64,000 nucleotides of DNA from Trichoplax adhaerens (Eukaryota; Animalia; Placozoa). The first letter of the stretch is position 1, and each line of letters opens with the position of its first letter. Shown here piece after piece: positions 1-12,400 of this stretch. Where the stretch lies: NCBI RefSeq assembly GCF_000150275.1, contig NW_002060948.1, positions 5,687,464 through 5,751,463 on the forward strand. Direction: 5' to 3'. The translations under genes were made by a program, and so were the position numbers. The notes beneath the pieces are model-generated. The model did not search any database and was not told where the DNA came from. It saw only the letters and a program-made list of their open reading frames with translations.

Positions 1-1491
1 TTATTGAAGAATCGAGATCGGCTTACGTTTACCAGTTTTATGCCTTAATAAATATTTAGATTAGATTCTTGAACGGGGGAGTAGAAGTTAAAATGCTTTT
101 CGAAAAATTGTACAAAGTTTCGTAAGAAGGAGGTTGGTAGCCACAGTATTTAAAACGACAGTGTTCATTGATCATTTTAGACTGTATGTTTCATCTTGAA
201 TTTATCGTTTAATGAAAATTCTATCATATGACTTCAATATTATTTCTGTTTTATAGCTAATTAATAGTCATGGCTACCAATACACTGTCTAGATAAATTT
301 CATGATTGCCTAGTTCATATTCTATGTTAATCAGTTACATAATTCACTTTTTATTGCTTGAACTTTTGGAGGAAAAGTTATTGATTTGGCTTCGTCATTT
401 TGTAATCCAGTTTATGTATTTGACATATCTAAATTAAGATTATAACTGTGCAATTAATCCAGATCACTGAAATATTTCCTGCCACTTTACGCCTGAAATT
501 TGAGAAAAATTTCCCTTTAATTACTTGATATAAATTGAATCTGGTTGGTTCCAATTTAGTAAGTCACTTAATCTAGACATGACAAAAATGAAAACTAGCT
601 TTATCTTGGATATAATATTTATTCATATCCTATCCTTGAACTGGGCATTATTTAAATTTCTATCGCAACATTTTCTGATATGAAAGGAGAAGTACTGTAG
701 ATTAATTACCGTAGTTTACAAGTAGATTTTATGATGCCGTGTTCTAATGATTTCCAAATTGGATTTATCAGATTGTCGCTCTTTACAGAGTTAGCTTGCG
801 GTATAAATTAAAGGCAAGAAGCACCTCGGCACTAGACAGTTAACTAACTTATAAATTGTGGACCAAATTGGGTTACCTCTTTAGACTATTGTCGCTCTTT
901 TCGTAATCGGTATATAGTTGAGATAATCTCTTTAACGGTAGTTAGATTAAACTTTTACAAGTGTAATTAATTATCTATTTAATTATCTATTCATAAGGCA
1001 GATAATACAGTTATAACATAGATTAGATTATTAGATCGTAGCTTATTTATGGAATTAGACCTTCACCATCGTATAAATTAAGATCACATTATGAAATGTG
1101 CCAATTTTATTTGATCCCTTTCGTACCCGAAATATAACTTCCACTGTAAGCTGATTATCCAAATTTGAACTATTAAATGATATGGTAGCATAATCTCTCT
1201 CCATTTGTAAACATGCGATAAATTAATTAGCTTTCAAGATTAATTATAAGAGGTAATATGAAATTCCATATCGTTCGTAGAGAAATTACAGATATCTGAA
1301 ATAATGTTTTCTGCAGCAGTTAAGTTAAACTATGTAATGGTGTATTCGTTACGTAACTTGAATTGCGAGATGACATCCTTGTAAGTAATTTAGTATAGTC
1401 TCTATTGATACATATTTCAGAAGAAATAGTCTTTTAACAGCAAATGAATTATTTACACATGCAATTTATCATAAAGTAACCTAATCGAAAC

Positions 1492-1545
1492 ATGAAATAT
1501 TAATGAGGATTGACTACAACATTTTATGAAATATTAATGAGGATT
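1492..1545. repeat. Perfect 20-bp direct repeat upstream of copy 1
   Basis: atgaaatattaatgaggatt at 1492-1511 and 1526-1545, about 110 bp before the ATG at 1657. Confidence 0.85.
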
Positions 1546-1656
1546 TTAATTCTTACTAGGATTATATTAGCTCCTTGAATTCTATATTGTCATTAAAGAT
1601 ATCATATCCGCTACAGTTTATCATCACAAAGTGGGCAAAACTTATTGAATTTCATC

Positions 1657-3166
1657 ATGACGACAACCAACGTTCAGATATATAAATACACAGAAAGAGA
1701 TCCCCAGAACCATGAAGAGTCCGCTACAACCGTTGCAGGAAATGCTACTTACAGTGATCCAAATATTCGCTTAAAGGAACTTGGAATTGTTTTCAATAAT
1801 AATTATGAGTCAGGGTTTTCCTCAATAGCTATCGAAAATACCAACTGTAACAATCCAATTCATCAGGTACAATAAAAATTATTATTGATGATGTTCCCGA
1901 AAATGTAATCTGTAAATCAAATGTCTGTTTTACAGCCTACTAGGACTATAGCAGATATGACAGTACCCCAATCAGGGCAAAATCATCGAATTTGCCTAGT
2001 TTGCAAGTTTGTAATTGGTTTTGCTTCCGTGCAAATTCTCATAGCGATATTGGGATTAATAATTAATCCTTGTCCAATTGGTTCACTTTCAATAAGCTTA
2101 AATTTGTATTATGTTACATATTGGACTGCAGGACCAGTAAGTCAATTTAACGATAAATTGTGTAGGAACATCTAAATTCATTTTAATTAAGATGATGGAA
2201 AACTTTATCAATTATCATGCATTGCATCGTGATCTGAAATGTTCATGTGTCCACAGGTCTTGATATTAGCTATTGTTGCTTTGATAATCAATAAAAAGGA
2301 ACAACAAAGTAGCAGAAATGTAAGAAAATGATATTTCTATCTGTCATACCTACAAGATTGATCAGATAAATACAGAAACTTGTTTTAGAAAAAAGCTCTT
2401 GAATTTCAAAATATTTTCTGTCATGAAGGATAAAATATTGTTTACTAAAGGGCAACTAAAGACATTCTGCCCAAATTATAGCATAATTTTTAGAGATAGC
2501 CTAGTTTGATGCCGGAATTATAATTCTAAATTGACCTTAGAATATGAAGCTGCTGTATCAGACTATTTGTTTCTTAATCGTCAGGAGATAATATCATCTG
2601 GAATTAAATATTACTGTAGAAAGATAATTTCACGTGTAGTATCGATACGCTAGACATGATTGCATCCAGATTGAAGAAACTAAAAGATTTCTTGATATTA
2701 TTTTATTGACCAGGTTAAAATTCAAAGCTGGCTGGTGGTCATAATTATCTTATGTTTGTTAGGACAAGATGCCATTTTAGGAACATTTCTCTATAGATTA
2801 ACTAGATTTGGAATTAGTTGGTTTTGTAACGGCATTTTAAGCCGTTCGATGTTTATCGGCTTTAATATTGGTGTATTAGTTATTCAATTTTCAGTAGGTA
2901 TGTTTTACTGCTATTTTAGCCTTTTGGTCGCAAAATCATTGAAATTTCGTTCGTTGCCACAATCAAGTATTCAAAGAGCATCGGTAAAATGAACGTAAAC
3001 GAATATATTACAACCTCAGTAATTGAATTTTTCCATAGTCATGATGGCTATACTTTCGCAAATTAAACTTGTTTTATTCTTATAGGAGCCTCCATCAGAA
3101 CTACATTGTAATGATTGTGCATATTCGGTACTCTCTGACTTGTGTTGCATTGGTAAAACCTCGTAA
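1657..3166 (+). CDS. MS4A/CD20-like four-TM protein, array copy 1 (5 exons, ~274 aa)
   Basis: Manually spliced exons 1657-1866, 1936-2136, 2257-2319 (63 nt), 2714-2983, 3086-3166; all introns GT..AG, phase 0, giving an open frame. Motifs NPCPIG and TYWTAGP|VLILAIVALIINKKEQQSSRN|VKIQSWL; four hydrophobic segments; tail EPPSELHC..KTS*. The first and last exons are less certain than the core three. Confidence 0.8.
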
Positions 3167-6039
3167 ATATCTGTAAAACTGCATCAATTCTGCTAAAAAT
3201 TTTACAAATATGAGTAGATCGATCATTGTGCTTTACTATTTCTGAGTTATTGTACACGAAGTATTGCAATATGTTCGATGATGAGTAATAGCATAATTAA
3301 CTTAACGCTGCTGCTAAAGATGCAAATATCTTACAGAAATAATCATTTAGTGCTAGAAAATCATTTCATCTTTTACTTTTTCCTAACTAAAAATGAATAA
3401 CTTACCGTAGTAATAATTAAGTTATAATATGTAAGTTCTGCACGATAGCTGACAAACAATTGATTACGTACGGCTTAAAATTTGCCTTTCATACACTTTA
3501 TCAGGCTAAATTGTAAGGTGAAATTATCTGAATATAAGGTATTATTGCAATAAAATATAGGTTAGTTCGAAAGGAAAATGTTGTAAAAAGTTTAATGGAG
3601 AACTTTTTGAACAAAAATGATTCTATTTTCGTGAAAAGAGGTCCATCATCATAGGACATTATTTTGTATAAACATTTTGTGGAAGGAAATTTCTATAAAC
3701 AGTTTGTTGATTACGAAGATTTTTTCTCCTATTGGGATGGTAGAGAAAAAAATCAACAGATTGTCAACTCCAAGGATTATATCTCCTTCGTGGATGATAG
3801 AGTTTATCATAAATGCGACTATTTTACGATCATGAGATTACAAGAGTCTCCCAATTCCTATAGATTTACAATTTAGAATATATTATACCCACTGAAAATT
3901 TCGCAGTTATTATAAATTTCTACGAACTAAAATTAACTTATTTATTTTACTGGAAATATGACTAACGCTTACTTTTTATTGGCAAATTTAAAATCAAACT
4001 CTCTTATTTTTAGCTTATTCCGTATTTGATTGCACTTCAGCAAAACCTGCCTACAATTACAGTCAGAATTGCAGTTTATCTTATAATTCCACGATATATA
4101 ATTGTGTATCGTTGTATTTGGATTATTACTGCCTCAGTTTCGTATATTTATTTTCGTTACTTTCAATACCGGGCTGAGTAAAATTAAAAATTATTCTCTT
4201 TTATAGTATACAATTGAGAAATTTTACGTGCTATACTATAGTCGTGATGCATCCTATATTAGAATATATTGAAGGTTACATTTGGTGTAGTTAGGTTTCT
4301 AGAATAGATATTATTGTGATACTTATATTAGTTATCGACTAGTACTGCAATTTTATAATATAAGCTTTACGATAATATCTCTTCTTAGAAACCTAACCAG
4401 ATCAAATACAAGTATAACTGTCAAAGCAATCCAACATGGGGTGCATTACGACAACAACAGGTACCATGTTATTGACGCCTATCTTAACATCAAATATTTT
4501 ACTGCAAAGCAGCTTGTTGGAGGGTTATTAGTGAAATTTCACGCTATCATATCATCAGCAAATGATCTGAAATTGGACAGGAAACCGATCATTTGTATAA
4601 TGATCACAAAAAGTGGATGAAAGGGCTAAGATGTCGGAATGATTACGAATATAAGGAATATTCTTATGTAATACTAGTAATTCCAATGAAACTTGCTAGG
4701 GACTACTTTTGCAATCATAACGTTGAATAAAATGCAACTATAAATGATTTCCTAAATTAAAACTTGTTTGCTTTAATCACAACTGTTTTATTAGTACACA
4801 TGCTGCATGTACATTGAAACTGAAATCATTTTCATCTGTAGTAAATAAGATTTACAAAGAAGTAAAAAGTAGTAGCCGCGTCCAGTAGTGATATTTTTTA
4901 TATATTGGCATCGGAAAGTTTATGGTTCGGCTCGTCGGTACGAAATCTAAAAGCTAGATCCAGGTTCTGCTGCTACATTGCTGATCTTAGTATTATTTTT
5001 AAACTTTGACGAATTTCCACTTAATTACTGTAGATTCCTACATACATTAACCATATTTAAGTTTTCGAATAATTCCGATAAACTGACTTTGATGGTCGTA
5101 CCAAAAAATATACAAATAACTCAGACCATGATTAGCTTTCTGAATCAGTTCCTAAAATACAGTCATTGTGTAGACCATGCTTATTACCTAGGATCCTCTA
5201 TTATAGCAGATCTTGACTAATAAACTCTGACGCATTAAATTGGGTACATTTGTTATATTTATTTCTCATCTCTATTTTTTAGTAATGCAATCATCCGATA
5301 ATTATCCAAGATAGAAGCAAAGTTCAGACTTAGTCATAGAATTTGTGGAAAATTAAAATTATAGGAAATTTTACAAAGAGATCGATTAATACGTTATTTG
5401 AAGGATGCTATTATTTAGAAACCATATTATAATATATGCTTTCATCTTTATTTTTCGTCTAGAGAGAATTCTGTCCAATTTTTCAGTATAATTTCTATCT
5501 TATAGCTAACTAGCAACCTCGTCAGCTAAGACATAGCTTAGGTAAAGTTAAAAATTGTTTAATCGTATTCTCTGCTGATCAGGTATGTAATTTAGTTCGT
5601 ATTGCAACTGATTCTTTATTAAAAATTATGGATTTGGTTTTGATTTTTTTTATGTTCGAGTAAGTGTATTTAAAATATCCAAAACAAGATAAAAATTGTG
5701 TATCCTATTTAGATTCTTGAGAAATTTTATTGTACTTGTTTTTTTGAGTCGAGAAGAACTTTTATGTTAGGTGATATAGGCTAAATCTTTTTGGTGCTTT
5801 TTTATCATCAAGTTATTTCATCTAGACAAGGCAAAATTGGAAGCGAGTCTTTCTTTTGTATAATCTTTAATCCTGTCTACTATTGAATTTAGCATTATTT
5901 AGATTTCTATAGTAGACTTTTCCTCTGCTTTAAAGAGATGACAGATTAAATAGTTTATAGATATAACCTATTATATCACATTTTAATTGAACTTAAATTA
6001 TAGTAATCAAGTAAATCTTGTATGAGAAATTATTAACTG

Positions 6040-6262
6040 TGCACAACCAATTCTGTGAAAGGGTATAAAAGGGCGAGCAAATGCTCAGTCTGAGAGTTGG
6101 TTGGTAGATAGGGAACTGAACGATATTGATCAATCTTCTAATAAATAACTATACTAGCCTTATAGAACAGTCTTGTTCTTGTGTGTCAATCAAGTAGTCT
6201 AGCACCATCGCACGTTAGATCTCCAGTAGTAGTCGGGCGAATGAGTAATCTAATAGTCTAGT
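6040..6262 (+). mobile_element. Possible solo-LTR-like remnant (CCAAT, TATA box, poly(A) signal)
   Basis: ccaat ~6047, gggtataaaaggg 6061-6073 and aataaa ~6140 occur in the U3-R order typical of LTRs; no partner LTR or TG..CA boundaries were confirmed. Confidence 0.3.
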
Positions 6263-7339
6263 TTAATGGATCATGAAGACAATTTGATACTGGATCATTG
6301 CCTTTTAATGAAATTTGATGTAATTCATTGGAGGAATAAATTTCAGAATTGATAGGGTCTTTAAAACTGGATAAACTAAATAGTTTATAAATATAATCAG
6401 CTATTTAGTAATCTAGTCACTGCATGCGAGAATAAAATTATCCAACCATTTAATAACCTAATCATTAGGCAAACGAAAATTATATTATTAGATCATTGCT
6501 TGACTGCAAAACCTGATGCTCACATTCGTACAAATTATATATATACTTTACAATTATGCGTTAGTAACCTTGAATATTCCTAGAGTATATAATTTTTTAC
6601 TTTCATTTATACTTTTAAATTTTTTGATAATATTTTCTTTCTCTATCGTAAATAAGAGATAGGTTAAATCATTTCACGTCCTGCCTATAATATATTAGCC
6701 TGGTAGATACGTTTCCTTCATTTCTTAAAGCTTAATTTAATCTTAACGTACAAAACAGATATCTAATCTAGATTGCTGAATCATAGCATAAATAGGGCTT
6801 GCGACAGTTTACAGTGATAAAAATTACGCCTAAAATGATGTCATTAAAAATTTAGTTACGTCGCTCCTAAGTATGCAATTCATCATGTAGTGATCTTCTC
6901 GTTATACATTGACTTGATTACTTAATCATTAACTTTTAAACAATTAGACGTTTTGAATACATGTGTATCATTTACTTCGGGCTAAATAATACCTTGAAGG
7001 CAACAGCAGATAAAGTAAATAGTTAACAAAAATAGTTTATTATGTAATAAGACAACAAACCTATAAACTGGATTATCAGGTTATCCAATTTTTTTGCAGT
7101 TTGACATAGCTCATAGTAAGTTGTATAGAGTGCCTAATGTTAAAGTTTTATTATACTGTACTTTAAGCATATGCTCGCATTATTTTGTTTTCATGAACAT
7201 CCTTTAATTTCATGATTCAGCTCTCCGTGGTAACAGTTCTTATCCTTTGTAGAAAATTAGAGGAGTTGTATAATTTCAAATATCACATACTCTATAATAT
7301 TCTAATTGAGCCTTTAATGAATTGTTAGATCGTCAGACC

Positions 7340-8620
7340 TAGGCGTAATTTGGAATTTTGGCAGTCGTATAAATTATGTTTCTAATGATATCTTAATAAA
7401 GTTGTTTACTAGACAAATTATAAAGTTTATCCAGATGAATTAAATACAAAGATTTCAATTTATTATATACTGATTGTTAGGTTTTTTTCGTTATTTGACA
7501 TAGGCTAGCATCATCAAGCATTCAGGCACAAGAGGTAAAGTGAATAGATATTTTATAGCCTTGCAGCTTGATTTCTTCCATCGCTGCGATGGTATTACGT
7601 AGCTAAATATGTTTTACTTCTATAGATTCCACCTGAGCTTTGTAATGATCTCACATTTAGGATCCTCTCTTTTTTATGTTGTGTAATTTCATCAAAGTAG
7701 ATGTTCAAATACAAGTAGGATTATTAATAGTTATGTTATGTTCAATTGATTTCCATATTAGGGATTATTACTGGTTATGTTCACCATTTTAGGGATACTG
7801 TCATTAGATTATGTTTTAAAACATATTTGCTGTTGTCGTGGTTTCATTAACTTACCTTACAAATATAGAGTATTGATGTGTTAATTGCAATGGTATAAAA
7901 AGGAGAAAAGATAGAGAAAAAAAGGAGACTTTGGCTGATGTTAAATTTGAATAAGTCATTAAGTTGCTCGTTTGCAATTTGTTATTTGTTGTTACTCGTT
8001 GGTAATGTGAAAGTAAAGGAGATTATTTCAAGTTTGACTTGCAGTCGTGACCGATTAGATCATGTCTTCAGCATTTAGGATTGATATCTTATGGTTGTTA
8101 ATATACCCATATATGATTATGACTAAGTGATATCTATGCTGTAAGATTTATGACTATCTAAGCTGATCAGGCCATAAGTAGTGTAATGTAATTTTATTCT
8201 TCAATTCTTTCTTATCCTGTCTGTTGCTCTGTATGAAATCATACTCTCTATGATGCGATCTTCCTGTAAGTGTTGTCTACCAGTACTCTACCGCTGAGTG
8301 AAGTAGTTCAGTACTGCCTATGCCAGAGTTGCTACTTCTACATCTTCTGTTTAGCAATTGAAGCGATGGTATGATCTGCTGCTCTGAATGTCCGCTGCCT
8401 CCTTCTGATCAACTAGTATTTCACGTTTATCTTTCTTAACCTAAAATGAGGTACCTTTACATCATCAATTCTTAATATACACGTAAAATATCTTGTAAGC
8501 GTTAAAGAGTACTATTTTATAATTCATGTGTAAACATTTAAGTTAGTTCATGATCTATTTTCGCGATATAACGATTCACCTGAGGGGCAGGATGTAGTGT
8601 TATTAATTGTTACAAACCTT
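7340..8620 (+). mobile_element. Heavily decayed Ty3/gypsy-like integrase and 3' end
   Basis: A stop-interrupted frame reads FGSRINYVSND..FT..KFIQMN*I (7357-), KHSGTRGKVNRYF (7516-) and LNMFYFYR..SHLGSSLFYVV. These resemble integrase core motifs FG.P..IVSDNG.QF, YHPQ.NG..ER and YR.TPH..TG.SP in the right order. A purine tract gaggggcagga followed by TGTAGTG at 8582-8600 looks like a PPT-LTR junction. Judged by eye only. Confidence 0.38.
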
Positions 8621-8982
8621 CGTCTAGTAGAGGCTAGTGTGCAGGTAATGAGTTTAGACTCAGAGTCTTTCTATTTACTTTATTTTAGATAGTAAAAATT
8701 TTATATCTAGCCTGTTTAGCTGTTAGCACATGTACAAGAAGAGTTTAATACTCTTATCTAACTTATCTTCGCTTCTTCCTATCATTCTTATACTAGAATG
8801 GATAAAACAAAATCTTCTCTGATAGAAGGATGAACAATCATACATAATAAAAAACGACTTTTTCTAGGCTGCTTTCTGTGCAGATCTTTGCTGCATTATT
8901 GATGAGGAATTGCCTCATATGTACGAACTCAAACTTGTGGTTAATGTAATGTTATAGTAACATCAACACGGGTAATTCACTG

Positions 8983-9454
8983 TTTATACAAATAGTAATA
9001 AATCCAATTGCTACATTTTTATTTTAAGCTATACCTTTAGAATGATTGAATGATGAATTTTCCCAGCTTAGGATATCCTTCGAAGTATAAAAGGAGATGT
9101 AGTCATTAAACTGATTGATCTAATCAATAATTTTATAGTTGATCTTTGTATCTCATATTTTGTATCATTATGCAAGTATAATGAAACATATTCGACTTTA
9201 TAGAAAAATGATAAATTTATGCATTACGTACTTAATTTATTAACATGAAGCTTAGTGTGATTAGATAATAAATATTCCCCGAATTTAAACGTCTCAGGAT
9301 CCTGGGTGTTTTATTATTTATGCAAATAGTAATAAATCGAATAATTACGTTCTTATCTAAGCTACACCTGTGGTATGACTGAACAATGAGTATTCCAGCT
9401 TAGGGTATCTTCGAAGGTATAAAAGGAGATGTACTTTTAACTGATTGATTTAAT
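8983..9454. repeat. Diverged ~140-bp direct repeat, two copies, each with a TATA-like gtataaaaggagatgta
   Basis: ~8983-9124 and ~9317-9454 share caaatagtaataaatc..taagcta..ccagcttagg.tatc..gtataaaaggagatgta..aactgattgat. Confidence 0.85.
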
Positions 9455-12400
9455 TTTACCTTCTGTCAAAAGCCCGGCCCAAGGATAAATGGCAGACTAG
9501 ATTAAGAGTGAAGGCTATTTGATTCCCGTTTATGTATATTTGATCTTACTGCTAGTAAATAAGCGATACTTTTGGTAATCAAGGCATTATTTTATTTAAG
9601 CACTGCATACGCGTATATCTGTACTAATAAAAGCGTGCAAATTATGAAATAACAAGTCAACTACCGTACCTTACAGCCGATGAAAAATTTCATTCAGCTT
9701 TGATGGACCAAACCTTTTGGAAGTTGTAAATAAACCTTTTAAAATGTCGATCTTTCAAACAGCTGTTATTGTTATGAGTCTGCAGATTAGTGAACAAACT
9801 GATAAAAGTTATGGGTAGCAATTGATTAGGCAATGCGATCATTGATAATATTGGAAGTCTGGAAAAAATCATTAATATAGCGTACCGAATTCAAATTCTC
9901 CATCAAATGTTGTAATTCTACGCTATAGGTACTTCTGCTAGTCGTTACATTGAAAATGATGGCTGTTAACGATTCTTTGCCTGAAACCAGATACTTTTAC
10001 TTTACGAACAAAATCACTTAAACCAACAAGCTAGAACTGAAAACTACCTTGCACGCTACACGTTACGCTCTTATGTCGTTTTGCAGCCGGAAGATTACAG
10101 ACTATACAGTACCGATAAGATGATTGTTTACAGAATAAGTTTAGTCATAAACATCTCAACAATTTTAAAGACGTATTTTAATATCATCTTTTGATTATAT
10201 TAAAAGCTTCAAGCAAAAATTCGGCTGTAAAATGCATAAGACTAATACCTACTGAACTGTTAATTAATTAAAAACTAAATATTATAAAATCATTGCGGTT
10301 TTATTTTTATTATACAAGATTCGCTTCGACTTTAAATGTAATCGCCTAAATTTTATTTGTTTAGCTTCGTAATTTTAAATACTGACCGGTGCAAAGCCAA
10401 GGTAGTATCTTTCATCGAGCTGTTGCGTAAGTCTCGCATACTTCTTAACTTTCTACGCGTACCTCAATTTATTCAATAATTGTTTCGTATAATGTTTAAT
10501 TTTGATATTTAAAATGAACACATTAAAATAAATCTTGTATTTTACAATATATTTAATTAGGCAATGAATGAATTTAATACCTATGTTTTTATAAAATATG
10601 TTGGACATGCTAATAATTAAATCTTTAATACTAAAATAGTTTACGCTTACAAATATCTTTGAATAAAACCGTTAGAGAATATAGCAAATTTTTATCACCA
10701 CGTATAGCTCTTACTTTAAGAAATTTTATTGATGAAGTTAGGCTTTTATCATCCAATAGCAGACCGTTAGATCTACCTTCTCTCTGATGCGGCTATGTCT
10801 TTTCTAGTCGCCTTGTTTACGAAAAATGTTTTTCAATTTTTTGTCAACGTTGAAAATTATCACACCATTTTTCATCTTAACTGCGATCATTTTAATAACG
10901 CTCGAGTTTCTAAAAATTTCCTACAATTTTGTGATTAACTAATTTTGAGTAAATTTTAGTTGTTCAGACATTATATTGTTATGATCGTTACGTTTAGTCG
11001 GAGCTCTGTAAGCAGTTCCAGCAGGTGAACTTCATTTCGACAGCATTAAGAAGTTCCTATATTTTTCTTACGAATCATATTCACCATTTTGTATATCATT
11101 TACTGTGTACTATTCAATGTTTGAAACTCTTATTTGAGATTAAACGATGAACCAGTAATGAATGTTGAAAAATATTTGGTTTATCGTTTCTGTCATAATT
11201 ACACTTCTGGCTCTAGGCGTCTTAGCAAACATAAGGTACAGTACTTTATTTCTATTCATTAAATGTATTAGTAATGTGGTTAAACGTAGTTGGAATCGGG
11301 TCATTTAGGCAATTTTAATGAGATGTCGTGACCTTATTATGAATTTATTAAATTACTTGAATGTGCAGTAAAATCGTAAAGACATCATTTATTCATCACC
11401 AGATACTACTTTAAATGAAATGTGGCGTTTTAAAGACTTTTTAATGTATTTTTATTGTGTAGTAATAAGTCCAATTATGATTTTTCAGTAGAATAAACTT
11501 TTACTGCTAGCATTAAAGATTTTACTAATTGCGCAAAGAAAATTAAAAATTTACAATCTTTACATGTAAGCGTTGTAATTAATTAAACCTTTACTAGGAT
11601 ATACTTCTGGTATAACATCGGATATCTTCAAATTTAAACAATTCAGTACTCTATCAAAAGTGATAATCGAACGATAAAATGAGAGTCTAGAAAGACTTCA
11701 GTAATATGTATTCTTATTTGGAAAAGCGATTTTATTAATATAGAAAGTAAGTACTTCATTCGAATAATAATAAAATATTTTTATAATTTTATTTCTTCAT
11801 TAATACCGACACTTCTTACTAATATTTATTACTTTCTTACATACGGCAGTCTTGCAGCACAATTTTATCCTAAAAATTACGTTACTGAGTTACGGAATTT
11901 ATCAAATATTAATCCAGTGAGAATTAAAAATAGTTTAATTAGCCTTGATGATTCACATTTAACGATGCTACTATTAACATCTAGTGCATGGTGAGCTGTC
12001 ATGATAGCAGCATAATAAAGCTAATTTAAATTTTATTGTTATAATTAAAAATCCTTTATTTTAAGATCTCCTTTGACAAATTTATTTGCCTTTGATTGTT
12101 TACATAAGCAGAGTGGCATTTTCAGCTATCCAAATACAATTTATTTCATCATAGTTATTTCATATCGTAAAAATTGATGATATGATTATCAATTATCCAA
12201 TTTCAAAGTCATCAAAATATAGATCTTGTTTTCAGGCATTGAACACCATGATTCAATGAGGTTAATGCCTAGTACGTGCTACAATCGTTGTTTGATGCAC
12301 GCGGGTATCAATGCTAAAATGAAATCGTCGGGATAACTTTGGGACGTTTAGATTCTGCTTTAGAGTACAGCATATCACATTGATGCAAAAAGCTAGAAAA

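Noticed and set aside
9667-9779. Minus-strand exon-like segment (ctgcag acceptor, aag|gtacgg donor)
   Set aside because: Stops in all three frames.
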